Assembly (NCBI GenBank): GCA_038131935.1
Contig: JAYPQH010000022.1
Location: 32,001-96,000 of the forward strand
DNA length: 64,000 nt
Reading direction: 5' to 3'
Source: Alphaproteobacteria bacterium
GTDB lineage: Bacteria; Pseudomonadota; Alphaproteobacteria; UBA8317
Part shown: positions 20,138-32,461 of the stretch, piece by piece
Layout of the letters: the number at the start of each line of letters is the position of its first letter
Numbering within the stretch: position 1 is the first letter of the stretch
Position numbers and translations under genes: made by a program
The notes under the pieces: generated by a model
What the model was told of the DNA's origin: nothing
The model's input: the letters and a program-made list of their open reading frames with translations, nothing else
Database searches by the model: none

Positions 20138-20578
20138 TTATTTTATACGGACCACAACTTGTACCATGTCCAATGTTCGGCCCTCAGGCAAATGGGGCAA
20201 GGAAACAGCAAGTTCGTCATGAGGAATATCAATAAGTTTTTTTTCGCCTTCAACATAAAAATGGTGATGTGGTTCCAAATTGGTATCAAACCAACTCCGC
20301 TGACCATCAACTGCAATGCGCGCCAGAAGACCGTGCTCTGCCAGCATATTTAAATTGTTGTAGACGGTTGCAAGAGACATAGCACTTCCAGATGCAATAA
20401 GCTCCTGATACAATTCTTCAGCTGTAAGATGCCTCGTGCCGAAAGCATGTATGTGCTCTAAAAGAGAAATCCTCTGTTTGGTAGGCCGAAGACCAGAGTT
20501 TCGCAGCAACAGCACGAAATCTTCTTCTCTTCCAACCGACAGGTCATCTTGTGACTGGTTCAGCTCCATGTTACCCAT
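20138..20578 (-). CDS. irr: Fur-family iron response regulator Irr
   Basis: [24 protein letters not shown] and FDTN..PHHHFY (Irr-type His triad); divergent from fabA. Confidence 0.88.
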   Translation of the reverse strand: MGNMELNQSQDDLSVGREEDFVLLLRNSGLRPTKQRISLLEHIHAFGTRHLTAEELYQELIASGSAMSLATVYNNLNMLAEHGLLARIAVDGQRSWFDTNLEPHHHFYVEGEKKLIDIPHDELAVSLPHLPEGRTLDMVQVVVRIK

Positions 20579-20671
20579 TACTCCAGCATTATGGTTGTTA
20601 TTGATACCGTAATATCAATAAGGAGTCAAAGGGGGCTCCCAAAAATGGCGCAGAGCGCTGCGGAGGTGATA

Positions 20672-21193
20672 ATGAGCAAGGCCGTTGATAGTTTTTCCTT
20701 CAATGATTTGATTGCATGTGGGGAAGGAAAACTTTTTGGTCCAGGAAATTGCAGACTTCCACTTCCACCAATGTTGATGTTTGATCGCATTACAAAAATT
20801 TCAGCAGATGGTGGTGATTTCGATAAGGGATATGTGGAGGCTGAATTTGATATAACACCTGACAGATGGTTTTTTGATTGTCACTTTAAAGATGATCCCG
20901 TTATGCCAGGCTGTCTTGGTCTTGATGCCTTATGGCAGCTTGTAGGATTTTGGATGGGGTGGAGTGGCCATCCAGGTTTGGGCCGTGCCCTAGGCTTGGG
21001 TGAACTTAAAATGCGGGGCATGGTACTTCCTTCAGCAAAAAAAGTTACCTATCGCGTTGATATTTTTAGAACGATTACCCGGCGCTTGATTATGGCAACA
21101 GCGACAGGACGCGTTTATTGTGATGGTGAAGAAATATATACTGCCACTGATTTACGTGTCGGCTTATTCAAACAAGAGGAACAGCATTCATGA
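20672..21193 (+). CDS. fabA: 3-hydroxydecanoyl-ACP dehydratase/isomerase
   Basis: [12 protein letters not shown] and [24 protein letters not shown] at 20672 follows GGAGGT. Confidence 0.96.
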   Translation: MSKAVDSFSFNDLIACGEGKLFGPGNCRLPLPPMLMFDRITKISADGGDFDKGYVEAEFDITPDRWFFDCHFKDDPVMPGCLGLDALWQLVGFWMGWSGHPGLGRALGLGELKMRGMVLPSAKKVTYRVDIFRTITRRLIMATATGRVYCDGEEIYTATDLRVGLFKQEEQHS

Positions 21194-22404
21194 CCCGGAG
21201 AGTCGTTGTCACTGGGATGGGAATCGTCTCATCAATTGGTAATAACAGAGCTGAGGTAACTGCATCGCTACAAGACGGGCGATCAGGCATCACGGCTGCA
21301 CCAGAATATACTGCTTTAGGTTTTCGTAGCCAAGTTCATGGAAACCCATCACTAAAACCGGAGGATGCAGCGGACAGACGTGTCCGGAGGTTTATGGGTG
21401 ATGGCGCTGCATGGAATTACCGTGCCATGCAAGAAGCCATCGAAGATGCTGGGTTGGAACCAGAGCATATTTCCAATCCACGCACCGGTATGGTCATGGG
21501 ATCTGGTGGGCCATCTACCCGAGCGATCGTCCAGGCAGCTGACGTGACGCGGGAAAAAGGACCCAAACGGGTTGGGCCATTCGTTGTACCTCAGGCCATG
21601 TCTTCAACCAATTCCGCAACACTCTCTACGCCGTTTAAGATAAAAGGAACCAGCTACTCTATTTCCTCTGCTTGCGCGACCTCAGCGCATTGTATTGGAA
21701 ACGCTGCAGATCTCATTAAACTTGGCCGTCAAGATATTATGTTCGCAGGTGGTGGAGAGGAATTAGACTGGACACTTTCTGTCCTTTTTGATGCCATGGG
21801 CGCGATGAGTGCAAAATATAATGATACTCCTTCAGTCGCTTCAAGAGCCTATGACCGTGACAGAGATGGATTTGTGATCGCAGGTGGCGCGGGGGTCCTA
21901 ATACTTGAAGAATTGAGCCATGCCAAAGCCAGAGGCGCAAAGATTTACGCGGAACTCACAGGATATGGCGCAACCTCTGATGGACATGATATGGTCCAGC
22001 CTAGTGGTGAGGGTGCTGTACGCTGCATGCGTGAAGCGCTCAGTACAGCTACACAACCGATAGGATATATCAACCCTCACGCAACCTCGACACCTATTGG
22101 TGATGAAAAAGAAGCTGAAGCCTTGCGCCAGGTCTTTGGTACGGACATTCCACCTTTGTCTGGAACAAAGTCCTTAAGTGGTCACTCTTTGGGTGCAGCT
22201 GGTGTGCAAGAGGCTATTTACAGTCTTATCATGATGCACGAGAAATTTTTATGCGCGAGTGCCCATATCGAAAACCGTGACCCCTTATTCGCCGACCTTC
22301 CCATCATCGAAGGACAAGCACGACAAGAAACAGTCAATGCTGTCATGTCAAATTCTTTTGGCTTTGGCGGCACAAATGCAACCCTTGTTTTTGAACGCAT
22401 TTGA
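21190..22404 (+). CDS. fabB: Beta-ketoacyl-ACP synthase I
   Basis: SSACATS, NPHATST, GHSLGA and SNSFGFGG; in the fabA-fabB-fabI cluster. Confidence 0.95.
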   Translation: MTRRVVVTGMGIVSSIGNNRAEVTASLQDGRSGITAAPEYTALGFRSQVHGNPSLKPEDAADRRVRRFMGDGAAWNYRAMQEAIEDAGLEPEHISNPRTGMVMGSGGPSTRAIVQAADVTREKGPKRVGPFVVPQAMSSTNSATLSTPFKIKGTSYSISSACATSAHCIGNAADLIKLGRQDIMFAGGGEELDWTLSVLFDAMGAMSAKYNDTPSVASRAYDRDRDGFVIAGGAGVLILEELSHAKARGAKIYAELTGYGATSDGHDMVQPSGEGAVRCMREALSTATQPIGYINPHATSTPIGDEKEAEALRQVFGTDIPPLSGTKSLSGHSLGAAGVQEAIYSLIMMHEKFLCASAHIENRDPLFADLPIIEGQARQETVNAVMSNSFGFGGTNATLVFERI

Positions 22405-22425
22405 GGTCTTTGAGAGGACAATACT

Positions 22426-23235
22426 ATGCATGGAATTCTAGCAGGAAAACGTGGCCTCATCATGGGCGTTGCCAATGACCATTCCATCGCTTGGGGCATT
22501 GCAAAAACATGTGCAGATCAAGGGGCATCTCTTGCGTTTACCTATCAAGGATCATCCTTTGGAAAACGTGTGGAACCCCTCGCCGAAAGCGTTGGATCAT
22601 CTCTTATTTTGCCTTGTGATGTATCCTCTGATGATGATTTAGATAGGGTTTTTTCAGAATTACAAACGCATTGGGACAACCTGGACTTTGTTGTCCACGC
22701 TATTGCTTACGCCAACAAAGAGGAACTAAAGGGCGAATATGTCAATACATCCCGTGCGAACTTTGCAATGGCTTTGGATATTTCTTGCTATTCGTTTACC
22801 GCAGTTGCCAATAGAGCCCGTCCCATGATGTCACAAGGTGGTTCTCTGCTAACGCTCAGTTATCTTGGAGCTGAGCGTGTGATGCCAAATTATAATCTTA
22901 TGGGTGTGGCCAAGGCAGCACTTGAAACATCCGTTCGTTATCTTGCGTCAAACCTTGGGCCAGAAGGTATTCGGGTTAATGCAATTTCAGCCGGACCGAT
23001 GCGAACCTTGGCAGGCTCCGCTATTGGTGATGCACGTGCCGTTTTCAAGTACAACAGAGACCATACGCCTTTACGGAACACCCCAGATTTAGATGATGTA
23101 GGCAATTCAGCACTTTATTTATTATCTGATCTTTCAAAAGCCGTAACCGGTGAAGTTCATCATGTTGATTGCGGTTTCCATGTTATAGGCATGCCAAATC
23201 CCAAAGATATTGCCCGTACAATTTTGGAACAATAA
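22426..23235 (+). CDS. fabI: Enoyl-ACP reductase
   Basis: GVANDHSIAWG, YNLMGVAKAAL and NAISAGPMRTLA. Confidence 0.96.
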   Translation: MHGILAGKRGLIMGVANDHSIAWGIAKTCADQGASLAFTYQGSSFGKRVEPLAESVGSSLILPCDVSSDDDLDRVFSELQTHWDNLDFVVHAIAYANKEELKGEYVNTSRANFAMALDISCYSFTAVANRARPMMSQGGSLLTLSYLGAERVMPNYNLMGVAKAALETSVRYLASNLGPEGIRVNAISAGPMRTLAGSAIGDARAVFKYNRDHTPLRNTPDLDDVGNSALYLLSDLSKAVTGEVHHVDCGFHVIGMPNPKDIARTILEQ

Positions 23236-23255
23236 CAAAAACAAAAAGTTGGAAT

Positions 23256-23284
23256 AAAAAAACCCCGCAATTGCGGGGTTTTTT
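23256..23284. terminator. Bidirectional intrinsic terminator (fabI/pnp)
   Basis: AAAAAAACCCCGCAATTGCGGGGTTTTTT. Confidence 0.92.
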
Positions 23285-23302
23285 GTAAAGGCTCAAACGT
23301 AA

Positions 23303-25414
23303 TTAGGAATCATCACCCTCGTCCTTCGCATAAGGGTCAACATAGCCCTCAACTTCTTTCATGGACAAACGTACTTTACCCCGATCATCGAATCCTACCA
23401 ATTTTACTTTGATCGTCTCTCCCTCTTTGACAAATTCCGATGGCTTATGCCCTCGTTCCGATGTCATTTGAGAGATATGAACCAGGCCATCCCGGGATCC
23501 AAAGAAATTAACAAAGGCACCGAAATCAACCACTTTCACCACGGTTCCATCATAGACCGCACCAACTTCTGGTTCCATTGTAATGCCCTCAATCCGCTTA
23601 CGTGCCGCATCAATGGACGCACCATCCGGTGAAGCTATTTTGATGGTACCATCGTCAGAAATATCAATCTTTGCACCGGTTGTTTCAACAATGTCCCGTA
23701 TGACTTTACCACCAGAACCGATAACATCTCGGATCTTATCAACTGGGATGGTCATTACCTCAATACGCGGTGCGTGGATTGAAAACTCATTAGCTGATGT
23801 CCGTGCTTTTGCCATTTCTCCAAGAATATGGAGACGTCCATCCTTTGCTTGAGCAAGAGCTTGTTGCATAATTTCTTCAGTGATGCCCGCGATCTTAATG
23901 TCCATTTGTAGACTTGTGACACCTGCTTCACTTCCCGCCACTTTGAAATCCATGTCACCAAGATGGTCTTCATCGCCAAGTATATCAGAGAGAACGGCAA
24001 ACCGGTCACCTTCTTTGATCAACCCCATTGCAATACCAGCAACCGGTCTTTTCAAAGGTACCCCAGCATCCAACATGCTTAGAGAACCTCCGCATACCGT
24101 CGCCATGGATGATGAACCGTTAGACTCAGTAATTTCTGAAACGACCCTAATGGTGTAAGGAAATTCATCAGCTGAAGGCAGAACAGCATTAAGAGCACGC
24201 CAGGCAAGTTTGCCGTGACCAATTTCACGGCGACCTGGACTTCCCACACGTCCCGTTTCTCCAACAGAGAACGGTGGAAAATTATAATGCAGCAAAAATC
24301 TTTGCTTACTGCCCCCATCAAGCCCATCAATGGTCTGTTCATCATCACCAGTGCCCAATGTTGCAACACATATGGACTGGGTTTCACCACGGGTGAACAG
24401 TGCAGAACCATGTGTCCGGGGTAAGATAGATGTCTCAGCCTCGATAGGACGTACTGTGGTCAGATCTCTTCCATCGATGCGGATCTTTTTGTCCAAAATA
24501 TCATTGCGAACAATATCAGCTTCAAGTTGCTTGAAAGCATCCATGACTTGAACCTGGTCATGTTCTTCAGCTGGGAAGCTCTCTATAACTTGAGCTTTGG
24601 CCACTGCAAGCTTTTCCTGCCTGGAAACTTTATCTTTGGTCGAGAAAGCCTCTCGTAGTTGATCACCAACCACTGCCTCTAGTTTTTCCTTCAAAGGCCC
24701 CTTGTCCTGTGGTGTCACCTGCCAAGGCTGTTTGCCTGCAACCTCAGCCAAATCAATGATGGCATCGATCACTGGTTGCATCTGCTGGTGGCCAAAAGTT
24801 ACAGCACCCAGCATCTCTGCTTCAGAAAGTTCTTTTGCCTCTGATTCTACCATCATCACAGCCTCAGCTGTGCCAGCTACAACAAGGTCAAGATCTGTGT
24901 TGGGAATATCATCATAGACAGGGTTTAAAATGTATTGTCCATTCTGATATCCAACCCTAGCACCACCGATAGGCCCCATAAAAGGAACGCCTGAAATAGT
25001 CAGTGCAGCTGACGCCGCAACCATGGCAACAATGTCAGGATCATTTTCATTATCAAAAGACATGACAGTACAAATAACTTGAACTTCGTTTCTGAACCCT
25101 TCAAAAAATAGGGGGCGTATAGGTCTATCAATAAGACGCGAAATCAAAGTTTCGCGTTCACTAGGTCTTCCTTCACGCTTAAAAAAGCCCCCAGGAATTC
25201 GCCCAGCAGCATAGGTACGCTCTTGGTAATTAACGGTTAAAGGAAAAAAGTCCTGACCTGGGTTGACATTTTTGGCAGCCACAACGGTTGCGAGTACCGA
25301 GGTCTCGCCATATGTTGCGAGTACCGCACCATCAGCTTGGCGTGCGATTTTCCCGGTTTCAAGTTTGAGCGTCCGCCCTCCCCAGGTAAGTTCCTTAACT
25401 TGGTGATTAAACAT
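23303..25414 (-). CDS. pnp: Polyribonucleotide nucleotidyltransferase
   Basis: [26 protein letters not shown] plus KH and S1 domains. Start set at MFNHQ. Confidence 0.98.
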   Translation of the reverse strand: MFNHQVKELTWGGRTLKLETGKIARQADGAVLATYGETSVLATVVAAKNVNPGQDFFPLTVNYQERTYAAGRIPGGFFKREGRPSERETLISRLIDRPIRPLFFEGFRNEVQVICTVMSFDNENDPDIVAMVAASAALTISGVPFMGPIGGARVGYQNGQYILNPVYDDIPNTDLDLVVAGTAEAVMMVESEAKELSEAEMLGAVTFGHQQMQPVIDAIIDLAEVAGKQPWQVTPQDKGPLKEKLEAVVGDQLREAFSTKDKVSRQEKLAVAKAQVIESFPAEEHDQVQVMDAFKQLEADIVRNDILDKKIRIDGRDLTTVRPIEAETSILPRTHGSALFTRGETQSICVATLGTGDDEQTIDGLDGGSKQRFLLHYNFPPFSVGETGRVGSPGRREIGHGKLAWRALNAVLPSADEFPYTIRVVSEITESNGSSSMATVCGGSLSMLDAGVPLKRPVAGIAMGLIKEGDRFAVLSDILGDEDHLGDMDFKVAGSEAGVTSLQMDIKIAGITEEIMQQALAQAKDGRLHILGEMAKARTSANEFSIHAPRIEVMTIPVDKIRDVIGSGGKVIRDIVETTGAKIDISDDGTIKIASPDGASIDAARKRIEGITMEPEVGAVYDGTVVKVVDFGAFVNFFGSRDGLVHISQMTSERGHKPSEFVKEGETIKVKLVGFDDRGKVRLSMKEVEGYVDPYAKDEGDDS

Positions 25415-25475
25415 ATTTTTGATTTCCAATCCATCTGATCTGTTTTTCTCGTCAATCGCCCTCGATCAACGAAAC

Positions 25476-25513
25476 CTGGCCTGCATTATCTCTATCAAAG
25501 GAGCACAGGCCAG
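25476..25513 (-). promoter_or_regulatory. Stem-loop in the rpsO-pnp spacer (candidate RNase III/autoregulatory hairpin)
   Basis: 8 bp perfect stem CTGGCCTG/CAGGCCAG with partial inner pairing; no U-tract. Confidence 0.5.
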
Positions 25514-25522
25514 ATTATTTTT

Positions 25523-25792
25523 TTAGCGACGTAAGCCAAGTCGCTTAATTAACTGCGCATAACGGTCATGCTCTCGAACTTTCACGTAATCGAGAAGTTT
25601 ACGACGTTGATTAACAAGTTTGATGAGACCACGTCTTGAATGGTTATCTTTTGCATGTGTTTTAAAATGCTCTGTCAGGTTCACAATGCGTTCTGTAAGA
25701 ATAGCCACCTGTACTTCCGGCGAACCTGTATCCCCTTCCTTTGTGGCAAATTCCTTCATAAGTTCTTGTTTGCGTTCAGCTGTAATCGACAT
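25523..25792 (-). CDS. rpsO: 30S ribosomal protein S15
   Basis: [13 protein letters not shown] and [11 protein letters not shown]; 89 aa. Confidence 0.99.
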   Translation of the reverse strand: MSITAERKQELMKEFATKEGDTGSPEVQVAILTERIVNLTEHFKTHAKDNHSRRGLIKLVNQRRKLLDYVKVREHDRYAQLIKRLGLRR

Positions 25793-26706
25793 TATTTCTC
25801 TCCGACATCAAGGTTAAATTTTGTTTTTGGCTGGAACCTTCCCTCGCACACCGTGCCTAACGCAAGCGGGTTCCCATCTACACGAACCCATGCTTCGCCA
25901 TCAGGAAGGTCCAGATCAGCCGTTGTGATGGCTTGCCCATGTGCAACTTGCCAACCACGCCTACCATCGAGATCACGAACCGGGATGTCGTCCAGAACTG
26001 TCTCTAGTGGCAGGATGCTCTTTAAAGCATCTTCCCTATGGCGCATTTCTTCAAGTTTTTCTAGTCCCAAGGCCAATTCTTCAGAAAACCCAGAACTATA
26101 GACGCGCCGCAGCAATCCTACATGCGCGACACAACCTAAAGTTGCTGCCAAATCTTCCGCCAAAGCCCGTACGTAAAAACCTTTTGCACAGGTTACCTTT
26201 AATCTCGCTATGACACCGTCAAAATGCAAAAGTTCTAAGGAATCAACATGAACTTCACGGGAAGGCAACTCAAACTGCTCACCTGCCCGAGCGCGGTCAT
26301 AAGCGCGGCGACCATCTTGAAGAATAGCAGAATAACGAGGTGGCTGTTGAAAAAAAGTCCCGACAAACTTCGGTAATGCGTCCACAATTTGATCGCTCTT
26401 CGGTCTCAGGTGACTGGTCTTGATGGCCTCACCTTCACGATCGGCGGTGTCTGTTTGAACCCCAAAAATGACATCAAACACATAACTTTTTGAACCATCC
26501 ATAACACGATGGATAAGTTTTGTTGCCTCACCCAAAGCAATAACCAACAAACCTTCAGCCAAAGGATCTAACGTACCCGCATGACCTGCTTTTTGCGCGT
26601 CAAATATTCTTTTCACACGGGATACAGCTGGCGTTGAACCTAAACCAGACGGCTTGTCCAACAAAATCCAACCATGGATATGTTTTCCTTTTCGACGCCG
26701 TGCCAA
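25792..26706 (-). CDS. truB: tRNA pseudouridine(55) synthase
   Basis: [20 protein letters not shown] and GFYVRAL. Confidence 0.97.
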   Translation of the reverse strand: MARRRKGKHIHGWILLDKPSGLGSTPAVSRVKRIFDAQKAGHAGTLDPLAEGLLVIALGEATKLIHRVMDGSKSYVFDVIFGVQTDTADREGEAIKTSHLRPKSDQIVDALPKFVGTFFQQPPRYSAILQDGRRAYDRARAGEQFELPSREVHVDSLELLHFDGVIARLKVTCAKGFYVRALAEDLAATLGCVAHVGLLRRVYSSGFSEELALGLEKLEEMRHREDALKSILPLETVLDDIPVRDLDGRRGWQVAHGQAITTADLDLPDGEAWVRVDGNPLALGTVCEGRFQPKTKFNLDVGEK

Positions 26707-27069
26707 TTAGGAACGCCCTCTTGGGTTCAACAATTGGGTTATGCGATCAGCTTCAGCAAACGTGTTATCAGCAACAAAATGAAGTTCTGTAGCAAATTTC
26801 AAATGTACAGATCTTGCGACCTTACCCTTTAACTGATGCCTAAGTCGCGATAGCGCCTCAACGGCTTCTCTCGTTGCATCATCACCATGAGATGCCACAA
26901 AAACTTGTGCATGACGCAAATCTGGTGAAGGGCGAACCTCAGAAATCATGACGGCTCCACGCGTCAGGCAAGGCTCTTCATGCAAGTCTCCCCGCATGAG
27001 AAGTTCGCCAAGTACCCTTTTTATCAATTCGCCAACGCGCAACTGGCGTTGTGATGGTCCTGCCTGCAT
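26707..27069 (-). CDS. rbfA: Ribosome-binding factor A
   Basis: SQRQLRVGE and SPDLRHA; between infB and truB. Confidence 0.96.
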   Translation of the reverse strand: MQAGPSQRQLRVGELIKRVLGELLMRGDLHEEPCLTRGAVMISEVRPSPDLRHAQVFVASHGDDATREAVEALSRLRHQLKGKVARSVHLKFATELHFVADNTFAEADRITQLLNPRGRS

Positions 27070-27086
27070 CGGTTTAACTCTTCAAC

Positions 27087-29723
27087 CTATGCTTCCAACG
27101 TCCGAGCAATGGTTTCAACTTCAAACAATTCAATCACATCGCCTTCATGGATATCTTGGTAATTTTCAAACGCCATACCACATTCCTGTCCCGCAAAGGC
27201 TTCTTTAACCTCATCTTTAAATCGTCTCAACGTTGACAATGTACCTTCGTGGATAACCACGGAATCACGTATAAGTCGCACTTTGGCGGAGCGTCTCGCA
27301 ACACCCTCCGTGATACGACAACCTGCAACTTTTCCAGTTTTTGAAATATTAAATACTTGCAAGATTTGAGCATTGCCAAGAAATGTTTCACGTAAAGTAG
27401 GATCAAGTAAGCCCTCAAGCGTGGCTTTGATGTCGTCAACCAAGTCATAGATAACGCTGTAGTAACGGACCTCTACTTGCTCCTTTTCTGCCAACTGTCG
27501 CGCAGGTGCATTCGCACGAACATTAAATGCAAGAATAGGTGCCTGGGATGCATTGGCAAGCGTCACATCAGATTCGGTTACCCCACCAACGCCCGAGTGC
27601 AAGACACGCACAGCGACTTCTTCTGTTCCCATTTTTTCAAGAGCTGCAACAATAGCCTCAGAAGAGCCTTGTACGTCGGCCTTGACCACCACTGGAACCT
27701 CTTTGCGCTCTCCTTCTTTCAATTGCGACATCAATTGGTCCAGAGATTTTGCAACAGGCGCGTTGATCCGATCACGTTCTTTTCTTTTTCTATATTCTAC
27801 AATTTCACGGGCTTTTGCCTCGTTTTCAACAACAAGGAACTCATCTCCCGCACTCGGTGCGCTATCAAGGCCTAGAAGTTCTACGGGAACCGATGGGCCT
27901 GCGTTGTCAATGCGTTCTCCAGTATCGGATACCAAAGCACGAACCTTACCCCAAGCTGCGCCTGCCACGACAATATCACCGGTCCTAAGTGTACCTTTTT
28001 GAACCAACATCGTTCCAACAGCACCGCGGCCTCGATCCAACTGTGCTTCAACCACGACACCTTGGGCGCGACGCTCTGGATTGGCACGCAGCTCCAGCAA
28101 TTCAGCTTGCAGCAAAATGGCCTCTTCCAACTTATCAAGACCCGTTTTTTTCAATGCCGAAATCTCAACATCAAGGATCTCACCGCCAAGGGTTTCCACA
28201 TAAATCTCATGCTGTAGCAATTCGTTACGCACCCGAGATGGGTCGGCTTCATGCTTATCCATTTTGTTGATTGCTACAATAATAGGCACACTTGCAGCTT
28301 TCGCATGTGAGATAGCCTCTATTGTCTGTGGCATAACACCATCATCAGCTGCAACAACCAAAATCACAATATCTGTAACCTTCGCGCCCCTTGCCCTCAT
28401 GGAGGTAAAGGCCGCGTGACCGGGTGTATCGATGAAGGTAATATGATTTTGATCTTCCGTGGTAACTTGATAAGCGCCAATATGTTGTGTGATCCCACCA
28501 GCTTCACGCGCAACAACATTTGCTTGTCTCAATGCATCAAGAAGTGACGTTTTACCATGATCAACATGACCCATTACCGTAACGATAGGCGCCCGTGGTA
28601 GAAGATCACCATCTTCATCATCCTCTCCTTGGATACCCTCTTCAACATCTGACTCCGCAACCAATTTAACCCGGTGACCCATCGTCTCTGCAATCAACTG
28701 GGCTGTCTCATTATCAATGACCTGGTTGATCGTGGCCATCACACCAAGCTTCATGAGCTCTCTGATCACATCTGCAGCGCGCTCTGCCATACGGTTCGCT
28801 AATTCTTGTACCGTGATGACTTCCGGTATCACAACATCTCTGGTGACCTTTTGTCGAGGCTCGTTGTTTAATTTTGTCTGTTTCAATTGACGTTCACGCT
28901 GACGACGCATAGACGCCATCGAACGCTGCCGCTCACCCTCTTCATTCAGTGCATCAGCAACAGAAAATTTCCTCTTGCTTTGCCTCTGTTCACCTCTCCT
29001 GGCAGACGCGGGTTTAACTGACTCGTCTTCATCGTTGTTTTTTACCCGCACCCGTTGCGGTTGTTGTGTCTGAATTGTTGGCAAGATTGGTTCATCAACC
29101 AACACAGTGTCTCGCAAAACATCCTTTGGTTTGGCGCTCACAGCAGGCTTTTTTTCCTCGACAGGTGGTGCTTGCCTTACTGCATCTGGACCAGACCTTC
29201 TACGCGGCAGTCCGGCACTACGTTCTGCAGCCTTTTCCGGTGCTTTTGGTTTTTCAACTGCTAATTTTTTCTCTGCTTCTTTTTCTTCAGCTTTTTGTTG
29301 TTCTTCAGCTTTTTTCCGCGCAGCTTCCGCTTCGCGCTCAGCCCTCTCTTTTTCTTCTTTGAGTTTTTGTTCCTTATCACGCGCTTCGCGATCGTCTTGT
29401 TCAGCCTTCCGCCGCGCCTCACCAGCTTGCCGCAAACGATCAAACGAACTTGTTGTAACACCAGATTTTGCGCGCTCAAGAACTTTTTGTCTGGCTTCCC
29501 ACTCTTCCTTGGTTAACCCACCGGGATAAGTCTTCTGAGCGGTTCTACTTTGTTGTGTGTCACCTTGTGCCACCACACGCTTACGCTTCTTCTGGACCAC
29601 AACCTGCGCACCACCATTGGCTCTAGAGCCACTCCTTGCACCTGCAGATCCAGCCCCTGGGCGCAAAGATAAGGTTTTGCGTCCTTCAGGTTTTGCCGGT
29701 GTTTTTTGTCCTTCATCACTCAT
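27087..29723 (-). CDS. infB: Translation initiation factor IF-2
   Basis: [31 protein letters not shown] and KADVQGS. Confidence 0.99.
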   Translation of the reverse strand: MSDEGQKTPAKPEGRKTLSLRPGAGSAGARSGSRANGGAQVVVQKKRKRVVAQGDTQQSRTAQKTYPGGLTKEEWEARQKVLERAKSGVTTSSFDRLRQAGEARRKAEQDDREARDKEQKLKEEKERAEREAEAARKKAEEQQKAEEKEAEKKLAVEKPKAPEKAAERSAGLPRRRSGPDAVRQAPPVEEKKPAVSAKPKDVLRDTVLVDEPILPTIQTQQPQRVRVKNNDEDESVKPASARRGEQRQSKRKFSVADALNEEGERQRSMASMRRQRERQLKQTKLNNEPRQKVTRDVVIPEVITVQELANRMAERAADVIRELMKLGVMATINQVIDNETAQLIAETMGHRVKLVAESDVEEGIQGEDDEDGDLLPRAPIVTVMGHVDHGKTSLLDALRQANVVAREAGGITQHIGAYQVTTEDQNHITFIDTPGHAAFTSMRARGAKVTDIVILVVAADDGVMPQTIEAISHAKAASVPIIVAINKMDKHEADPSRVRNELLQHEIYVETLGGEILDVEISALKKTGLDKLEEAILLQAELLELRANPERRAQGVVVEAQLDRGRGAVGTMLVQKGTLRTGDIVVAGAAWGKVRALVSDTGERIDNAGPSVPVELLGLDSAPSAGDEFLVVENEAKAREIVEYRKRKERDRINAPVAKSLDQLMSQLKEGERKEVPVVVKADVQGSSEAIVAALEKMGTEEVAVRVLHSGVGGVTESDVTLANASQAPILAFNVRANAPARQLAEKEQVEVRYYSVIYDLVDDIKATLEGLLDPTLRETFLGNAQILQVFNISKTGKVAGCRITEGVARRSAKVRLIRDSVVIHEGTLSTLRRFKDEVKEAFAGQECGMAFENYQDIHEGDVIELFEVETIARTLEA

Positions 29724-30355
29724 GCTTGTTCCAGCCTGTCTTCCATATGTTCGTGTAACAATCCTCGTTCGAGGGCATCAAGACGGGTCACCTCGTCCAA
29801 GATCTGTGCCGTAAGCCCTGATGCGGTCAAGCCTACATGAACTACATGTTCCTGACCCAGTGCTTGCGATAGGTCTGATGATGTCATCAAACGACAAATC
29901 TCTGCTTCCGCTGTAACCGGTTTTAATTTTCGAATACTGTCATCTGCCGCCTCCTGCGCGTGAAACACAAGCGCATAAGGTCCATCTGCCAACATTTTTC
30001 CTGCTCCGTGTGTCAATTCCCCCGCTTTCCGAGACATTCCCAACAAATTTCTCACCCGCTGCATAAGCCCTTGCCGCACCCGCACAATATCTTCAAGTGC
30101 TATTGGCGCGATATGACGCATCTGTTTAGACGGCTTTGCCATAAGTTTGGGCAAACATTCATAATGTGTCCAATAGCCTTTACCTGGCAATTTCCTTGCT
30201 ACATCCACAACCCACTGATTTTGTTGCTCAGGATGCAAAACAAGACGTACCATCAATACGTGATCTTGGCTTTGAGCACAGACAATACATCGTCTCTCAG
30301 GTTTGCGCTGTCCCTTGTGATTGATAGCTTTATTCCTCTTCCACTTCTTGCTCAC
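29720..30355 (-). CDS. YlxR/DUF448 plus L7Ae-like RNA-binding protein; start uncertain
   Basis: [26 protein letters not shown] and LSQALG...VVHVGL; between nusA and infB. Confidence 0.85.
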   Translation of the reverse strand: MSKKWKRNKAINHKGQRKPERRCIVCAQSQDHVLMVRLVLHPEQQNQWVVDVARKLPGKGYWTHYECLPKLMAKPSKQMRHIAPIALEDIVRVRQGLMQRVRNLLGMSRKAGELTHGAGKMLADGPYALVFHAQEAADDSIRKLKPVTAEAEICRLMTSSDLSQALGQEHVVHVGLTASGLTAQILDEVTRLDALERGLLHEHMEDRLEQA

Positions 30356-31913
30356 CCTCTTGCTGCTGCAAAAATGCTTCAAGATCTTCTTCACTCATCC
30401 AGCCAATGGCTATACGTGCTCGGATGATGAGCATTTCTGCCTCAGCTAGATCCAACATACCATCCAAAATAGGTGGCTCACCATCTTCACCCGTAGCCAA
30501 TTCCTCTGCCACCAACCCAGCAAAGTCATCCAAACTTTTGATATCATGTTCTGCCAGCTTAATCAGCATCGCACCTGTAAGCCCATCAAAAGATACCAAA
30601 TCTTCTTGAGCACCCAAATTTCTTGACTGGCTCCGATACTCTTCATCTTGGGCACTCAAAAACGCACGTGCCCTGTCTTGGAGAGCATCTGCTAGCTCTT
30701 CATCAAATCCATCAATACCAGCCACTTCTTCGAGTGCAACATAGGCAACTTCTTCAATATCGGTGAAGCCCTCAGAAGCCAACAGCTGGGCTATCATTTC
30801 ATCAACGTCAAGAGCGTTGATAAAGAGTTCTGTCCGCTGTCTAAACTCTTCCTGACGGCGTTCAGATTCCTCTTGTTCTGTAAGAATGTCTATTTCCCAT
30901 CCCGTCAATTGGCTAGCCAATCGTACGTTTTGGCCACCTCTCCCAATAGCGATAGATAAGTTATCATCTGCTACCACAACCTCAATACGACCTGCGTCTT
31001 CATCCATGACAACTTTTGCCACATTTGCAGGTGCTAAAGCGTTAATGATGAATGTTGCTGGGTCATCCGTCCAATTGATGATATCAATCTTTTCACCTTG
31101 CAATTCATTGACCACCGCTTGGACACGGCTTCCGCGCATCCCCACACAGGCACCCACCGGATCTATCGAGTTATCTCGGGACAAAACAGCAATCTTGGCA
31201 CGGCTTCCTGGATCACGCGCCACGGCCTTGACCTCAATAACACCTTCATAAATTTCTGGCACTTCCATACCAAAAAGCTTTGCCATAAAGTCCGGTGCTG
31301 TTCGCGAAAGAAAAATTTGATGGCCTCTACCTTCATTGGTGACTTTGCTTATAACAGCGCGGAAACGATCACCAACACGGAACGCTTCCCGGCGGATAAG
31401 TTGCTCACGTCGACAAATAGCCTCAGCTCTTCCCAAGTCCACAATCACATGGCCATATTCAACCCGACGAACAACGCCATTGATAATTTCACCAACGCGG
31501 TCCTTGTACTCATTATACTGACGTTCACGTTCTGCATCTCGAACCCTCTGCACAATCACCTGTTTGGCTGTTTGTGCAGCAATCCGCCCAAAATCAATTG
31601 GTGGCAACTCTTCGGTAATAAACTCACCAGTTTGTATCTCTGGATGATCAAGACGCGCGGTCTCTAAAGCCATTTGCTGCGCAGGATTTTCAACAACATC
31701 GACGATTTCCGTGAACCTCTTAAGACTTATTATTCCAGACCGCTCATCTATGATAGCACGAATATCATACTCCATACCGTAACGTGAACGTGCCGCCCGT
31801 TGGATCGCTTCCGCCATGGCTTCAAGAACGATAGTCTTATCAATAGATTTTTCACGAGCTACCGCATCAGCAATTTGTAACAGCTCAAGTCGGTTTGCAC
31901 CTACCACGCTCAT
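30330..31913 (-). CDS. nusA: Transcription termination factor NusA
   Basis: FGRIAAQTAKQ, ARDPGSRAK, DPVGACVG and AIGRGGQNVRLA. Confidence 0.99.
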   Translation of the reverse strand: MSVVGANRLELLQIADAVAREKSIDKTIVLEAMAEAIQRAARSRYGMEYDIRAIIDERSGIISLKRFTEIVDVVENPAQQMALETARLDHPEIQTGEFITEELPPIDFGRIAAQTAKQVIVQRVRDAERERQYNEYKDRVGEIINGVVRRVEYGHVIVDLGRAEAICRREQLIRREAFRVGDRFRAVISKVTNEGRGHQIFLSRTAPDFMAKLFGMEVPEIYEGVIEVKAVARDPGSRAKIAVLSRDNSIDPVGACVGMRGSRVQAVVNELQGEKIDIINWTDDPATFIINALAPANVAKVVMDEDAGRIEVVVADDNLSIAIGRGGQNVRLASQLTGWEIDILTEQEESERRQEEFRQRTELFINALDVDEMIAQLLASEGFTDIEEVAYVALEEVAGIDGFDEELADALQDRARAFLSAQDEEYRSQSRNLGAQEDLVSFDGLTGAMLIKLAEHDIKSLDDFAGLVAEELATGEDGEPPILDGMLDLAEAEMLIIRARIAIGWMSEEDLEAFLQQQEGEQEVEEE

Positions 31914-32461
31914 TCATCTTCTCCTTCAACAAATTCCTTTGAAGATTCCATGGATAATCTTGCTTGTTCCATGAGATCATCATTCATTACCAACTTCGCT
32001 CGCGCGATCATGGGGTAAGCTAGAATATGCTGTCCATCTTCCCCTTCTAAACAAATTTGTTCCGCCCCTGTATCACCTGTAACCACACCTTGCAGCCAAC
32101 CGCGAAAATGTCTTCGACCTGAAATATCTGGGCGTGAAAGATCTACTTTTACTTCAAAACCAGCCCAGTTAATAAAATCCTTTAGTCGTGTGAGGGGTCT
32201 ATCTACTCCTGGAGATGAAACCTCCAAGTTGTAAAAACCAGATATGGGGTCAGCCACATCAAGGATCGCCGATGCCTCACGCGAAATTTGTTCACATCCG
32301 CCAACATCCATACTACCATCTGGCCGCTCTGCCATAATTTGTAAGGTTGTTGCTTTTCCTTGACCCGTCATCCTTATGCGGACCAACTCAAACCCTAAGT
32401 CTTCGATAACCGGCGCAAGAAGGTTTGCAATGGTCTCTTCTAACGGCGTACCTGCTATCAT
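31910..32461 (-). CDS. rimP: Ribosome maturation factor RimP
   Basis: LEVSSPGVDRPL. Start MIAGT follows GAGGG. Confidence 0.97.
   Translation of the reverse strand: MIAGTPLEETIANLLAPVIEDLGFELVRIRMTGQGKATTLQIMAERPDGSMDVGGCEQISREASAILDVADPISGFYNLEVSSPGVDRPLTRLKDFINWAGFEVKVDLSRPDISGRRHFRGWLQGVVTGDTGAEQICLEGEDGQHILAYPMIARAKLVMNDDLMEQARLSMESSKEFVEGEDE

Noticed and set aside
29250-29430. Low-complexity repeat-like DNA
   Set aside because: It encodes the ordinary Glu/Lys/Ala/Arg-rich N-terminal region of IF-2.
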